Source: Oligoflexales bacterium (lineage in GTDB: Bacteria; Bdellovibrionota_B; Oligoflexia; Oligoflexales; Bog-1112). Taken from it: a DNA stretch of 11,206 bases. The stretch covers positions 1 through 11,206 of the forward strand of contig JBGCDR010000157.1 of the NCBI GenBank assembly GCA_045105515.1, read 5' to 3'. This document shows, piece by piece, positions 8,297-11,206 of the stretch (within the stretch, counting starts at the first letter, position 1; the number at the start of each line of letters is the position of its first letter). The position numbers were made by a program, and so were the translations under genes. The notes under the pieces were generated by a model. It made no database searches. It was not told the origin of the DNA and was given only the letters and a program-made list of their open reading frames with translations.

Positions 8297-9541
8297 ATGA
8301 AAATTTCATTTAAACTATTTCTTTGCCAATTCATGCTCATATTAGCTTGCCATACTCTCGCTAGTGATCTTAAAAAACTTGATAAAAAAGAAGACAACCC
8401 AATACAAACTCTTCAAAACTCTAATACTGAGCCTAGCGATAAGTCAGAAAACAAAGAGTTAAACCAATCAAAATTTGCTAAGAACGAAGTCGACAAGAAT
8501 ATCTCTATCAAAAAAAGGCCAAAATTAGATACTTTCAACAGTCTAAAAGTCAGAAGGCTAAAGACACTTAGAAACTCGACTCGGAAGCCGCAAGTTAATA
8601 AGCATAATTGGAAGACAGACAAAATTATCTTAGGTGCAAGTGTTGGCGCAGGCGTTTTACTTGCAGGTTATTGGTTACTAACAAATTTTCTTACGAATGA
8701 TCGGCCGTATATCTTAGATTCCAGCAATGAGCAGCCGGATAGGCGAATATTTTACCTATACACCACTGGAATTGGTAGCTGGGGCAATACCGAGATTGCC
8801 GAATTCTGGCAAAAAAGTCTTAGGGAAAGTATCCTCTCTCATATTCCAGATTCTTTCCAAGTAGTTATTGCCCATTATGATCCTCTTATGGATATGATTG
8901 ATAATAATTCAACGATCGAAAATTATGATTCCGCAAAACAGGTTATTGAAGACCTTACCAAGGATGACATGCAACAAGAACGTGTATCAAATAGTTTTTT
9001 CCTCCCTGAATTTTTTGATCACAATCAAGTTGAAAGACCCCATTTAGTCATTGATTTTGCCCATATTTATGAATACACGAACATTAAGAAGGTCAAAAAA
9101 ATCAATGATGGCGAAGATGAGATTCCTTTAAATGCGATCTACTTTGGCTACTTGGGCAATGACGAGAACTTAAAATACCGGATTTTATCCCTAACGAAAT
9201 TGATAGAGATAGACGCAACTGGTTCAGCAACTACATACATAGATAAATTAATAGAAAATGGATACTCGTTCCCTTCAGTATACCCTTCCGATTTCTTCGA
9301 CGGGTTGTTGAAGGGGGCGACAAAAAATCTTGAGGAAGACCATGGCCTACCCCTGACAACGGCAATCGATCTTATTGATGAAACAAAAAACAAGCACTTA
9401 GGTGCTTTAATGGATTTTGCAATGTCTGAAATCTGGAAAAATACCCCTCAAGATTTACTCATCGAAAATTTAGCAGATTTCATTGTTAAAAAACAACAAT
9501 CTAGTCTGCTGTTTAGCTATGCACCAAACAAAACTAATTAA
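8297..9541 (+). CDS. Hypothetical exported/membrane-anchored protein (414 aa)
   Basis: Signal peptide (...CHTLA-S), polar then basic linker, TM at about aa 110-128 (IILGASVGAGVLLAGYWLL), then an alpha/beta globular domain. Confidence 0.85.
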   Translation: MKISFKLFLCQFMLILACHTLASDLKKLDKKEDNPIQTLQNSNTEPSDKSENKELNQSKFAKNEVDKNISIKKRPKLDTFNSLKVRRLKTLRNSTRKPQVNKHNWKTDKIILGASVGAGVLLAGYWLLTNFLTNDRPYILDSSNEQPDRRIFYLYTTGIGSWGNTEIAEFWQKSLRESILSHIPDSFQVVIAHYDPLMDMIDNNSTIENYDSAKQVIEDLTKDDMQQERVSNSFFLPEFFDHNQVERPHLVIDFAHIYEYTNIKKVKKINDGEDEIPLNAIYFGYLGNDENLKYRILSLTKLIEIDATGSATTYIDKLIENGYSFPSVYPSDFFDGLLKGATKNLEEDHGLPLTTAIDLIDETKNKHLGALMDFAMSEIWKNTPQDLLIENLADFIVKKQQSSLLFSYAPNKTN

Positions 9542-9630
9542 ACTACATATTTTCACGATTATTTTTCAATAAAATCGAAAAGCCTAAGGATGGCAAAGTC
9601 AATTTTTACTTACTTCAATTTCCAACTCTA

Positions 9631-9646
9631 GCCTGCCTATTTCTTG
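9631..9646. repeat. 16-bp direct repeat, copy 2 (GCCTGCCTATTTCTTG)
   Basis: Exact match to 4379-4394. Confidence 0.6.
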
Positions 9647-9787
9647 CTTTTACCAATCCAGTCTGATTGATTTCAAAACCATACCAACTGATCTTTTATT
9701 AAACTCAAAAACCATGGTATGCAACTAATATTAGACTGATATCCGAAATTATAATGACAGACTTTTTTCGTTCCAGCTTTGTCAGCT

Positions 9788-9991
9788 TTAGAAATCCGCA
9801 AATTGGCAATAAGGCATTGGTGCGTCTAAATCATAAGCTAAACCTCTTCCTACAAGCTCAGTTTTTTGAGGTGAAGCTTGGATTGCTCTATATGGAATTG
9901 CCGAAAAAAGCTTATCAACATCCTTTGGCAATGAGTGCCCATCTCCCCTATGTAGACTAGTCGAAGTTCCTTTTAGCGCAGACTGGTAGAG
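9788..9991 (-). pseudogene. Possible gene remnant of unknown identity
   Basis: A 67-codon open stretch without a clear start (LYQSALKGTSTSLHRGDGHSLPKDVDKLFSAIPYRAIQ...PYCQFADF*) directly after the IS1182 break point. Confidence 0.3.
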
Positions 9992-10020
9992 CTAAGTATT
10001 CGCAAAGTAAAATTATTATC

Positions 10021-10496
10021 TATTTTAACAAGAGACTTGGGTGAAGCATTAGATTCAAAAAACCTAGCATCCGTCATCAACCTTTCGCCACTTAGGAGGC
10101 CAATTTCAATGCACTGTCCAGCTATTTCATCAAAAACATCTTTATAAAGTCTTCTCCAAATCTATCTCTTATTGGGTCATCGATGAATGATCAGGAACCT
10201 TCGAATAAATTGGTATCCTTGCAAACCATCTGTAGGCAATGTTTAAGCGAACTTCTTCACACAGCCTGCGATCGGAATTGATTCCATAAAGATATCCTAT
10301 TATTTGAATCCTAAATTAAATAATAGGGTAAATTGAGGGTCGTCCATTCTTTTCTGCATAGAAAGGTTAACAAGCATTGGGATAAATGATAGATTAAGCA
10401 CTTTATCTATTCTTCTGAGCAAGTGATTTTTTGGCCAAAGGTATTTAAGTCTATAGTAGAGAAAAGAGGCTGCTCAAAAAGGGATTTGGCTAACAT
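10021..10496 (-). pseudogene. IS1182-family transposase N-terminal fragment (DUF772-like region), multiply frameshifted
   Basis: Reconstructed as MLAKSLFEQPLFSTIDLNTF/PKNHLLRRIDKVLNLSFI.../PFYAEKNGRPSIYPII*FRIQIIGYLYGINSDRRLCEEVRLNIAYRWF...VPDHSSMT/IRDRFGED/YKDVFDEIAGQCIEIGLLSGERLMTDARFFESNAS. Stop at 10316-10318 plus about four frameshifts. Not in the ORF track. Confidence 0.88.
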
Positions 10497-10570
10497 AACC
10501 GATCTCCAAAAAGTAAGACGATCAGTGTAATATATAACTGTTAACTATTCATGCACTTTTTCAACAGCCC
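10021..10570 (-). mobile_element. IS1182-family insertion sequence, left part only
   Basis: Terminal-IR-like GGGCTGTTGAAAAAGTG at 10570-10554, followed by a GGAG RBS and the transposase 5' region. I found no matching right IR by eye. Confidence 0.8.
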
Positions 10571-10601
10571 GCCTACAAACTTAAGATTCATTTTACCCGA
10601 A

Positions 10602-11071
10602 TTATAATCTGATGGGTGTTAATTCAAACTCATTTATAATTTTATTTCTGTAATCAATTTTTTGAATTATAAATCCTTTCTCCTTAACGGAGAAATTAAA
10701 AAATGGAATTAAGACAGCACTAAATTTTCCCTTCTCAACGAATTCTAATTTTCCCCCAACTTCATTTATTAGGAACTCATGGATACCCACAAAAATTATT
10801 TACGATTCTAACAATGTGAATTTTTAACTTCGAATTTTTAAAATAAAATGGGTTGAAATGCTAATTATTTCAACATATCCTCAATTTCTGAACCTGTTTG
10901 ATCAATTTTCAAAAGATATTCTTTAATTTTTTGGACAGAGGAAGTAGTTTTAACATCTCGCAAACACTGTTTTTGTGGTTCTGTTAAAGAAAAATCCCAG
11001 GCACCAAAAATAACTAATCCTATGGCGGCACCGACTCCAGCTATTGAAGTTACCTTTTTTCTTCCAACATT
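10602..11071 (-). pseudogene. Membrane-anchored protein gene, 5'-truncated by the IS21 element and probably fragmented
   Basis: The first ~9 codons of ORF 10865..11098 come from the IS end. The real sequence starts NVGRKKVTSIAGVGAAIGLVIFGAWDF. ORF 10602..10790 is a possible downstream fragment of the same gene. Confidence 0.5.
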
Positions 11072-11206
11072 TGCTCGGTCATGTCCAATTTGACCCACCC
11101 AGTCATGTAAAACTGACCCACCACGGAGCCATAGGCGACGACCTTAAAAATCTCCTATCAGCTTAATATTGAATCAGCAACATTATTGAATGATTTACGA
11201 TAAGAA
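11072..11206 (-). mobile_element. IS21-family insertion sequence, right end (continues beyond the window)
   Basis: The terminus reads TG from 11072 on the plus strand (CA-3' on minus). Two tandem repeats: GTCATGTCCAATTTGACCCACC (11078-11099) and GTCATGTAAAACTGACCCACC (11102-11122). An IstB-like C-terminus points toward this end. Confidence 0.8.
11158..11205 (-). CDS. istB: IS21 helper ATPase C-terminal tail (partial)
   Basis: Minus strand reads SYRKSFNNVADSILS*. SYR matches the conserved G-x-SYR end of IstB, and the position next to the IS21 terminal repeats fits. Only 15 codons are visible. Confidence 0.6.
   Translation of the reverse strand, partial: SYRKSFNNVADSILS

Noticed and set aside
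8413..9960. ORFs 8413..8622, 9148..9393 and 9754..9960
   Set aside because: The first two are antisense to the 414-aa gene. The third has no RBS or recognisable features and lies opposite a coding-like remnant.
11078..11122. Tandem repeats as a CRISPR array or iterons
   Set aside because: There are only two copies with a 2-nt gap, and the sequence and context match IS21 terminal repeats.

Overview
AT-rich bacterial accessory region made of orphan secreted, lipoprotein and membrane-protein genes mixed with decaying mobile DNA. The clearest element is a minus-strand group II intron at 6621-7797 (IIB-like RNA, bacterial class E-like protein). Both of its boundaries and domains V/VI are recognisable, but its RT ORF has lost the catalytic core. 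It sits in the HxxR box of a tyrosine recombinase remnant, and removing it restores HSFRKSFG-YHQR...FNHSS...Y in frame. The right end holds a truncated IS1182-family element (left IR plus frameshifted transposase) and the right end of an IS21-family element (istB tail plus tandem terminal repeats) that cuts off a membrane-protein gene. The most interesting intact gene is a ~590-aa lipoprotein with a probable His-before-Cys (permuted papain-like) domain bracketed by two similar LxLVE motifs. I saw no rRNA, tRNA or CRISPR array. All family calls come from motif recognition by eye, not database searches. The sequence alone does not demonstrate a novel system; the candidates are listed as hypotheses.
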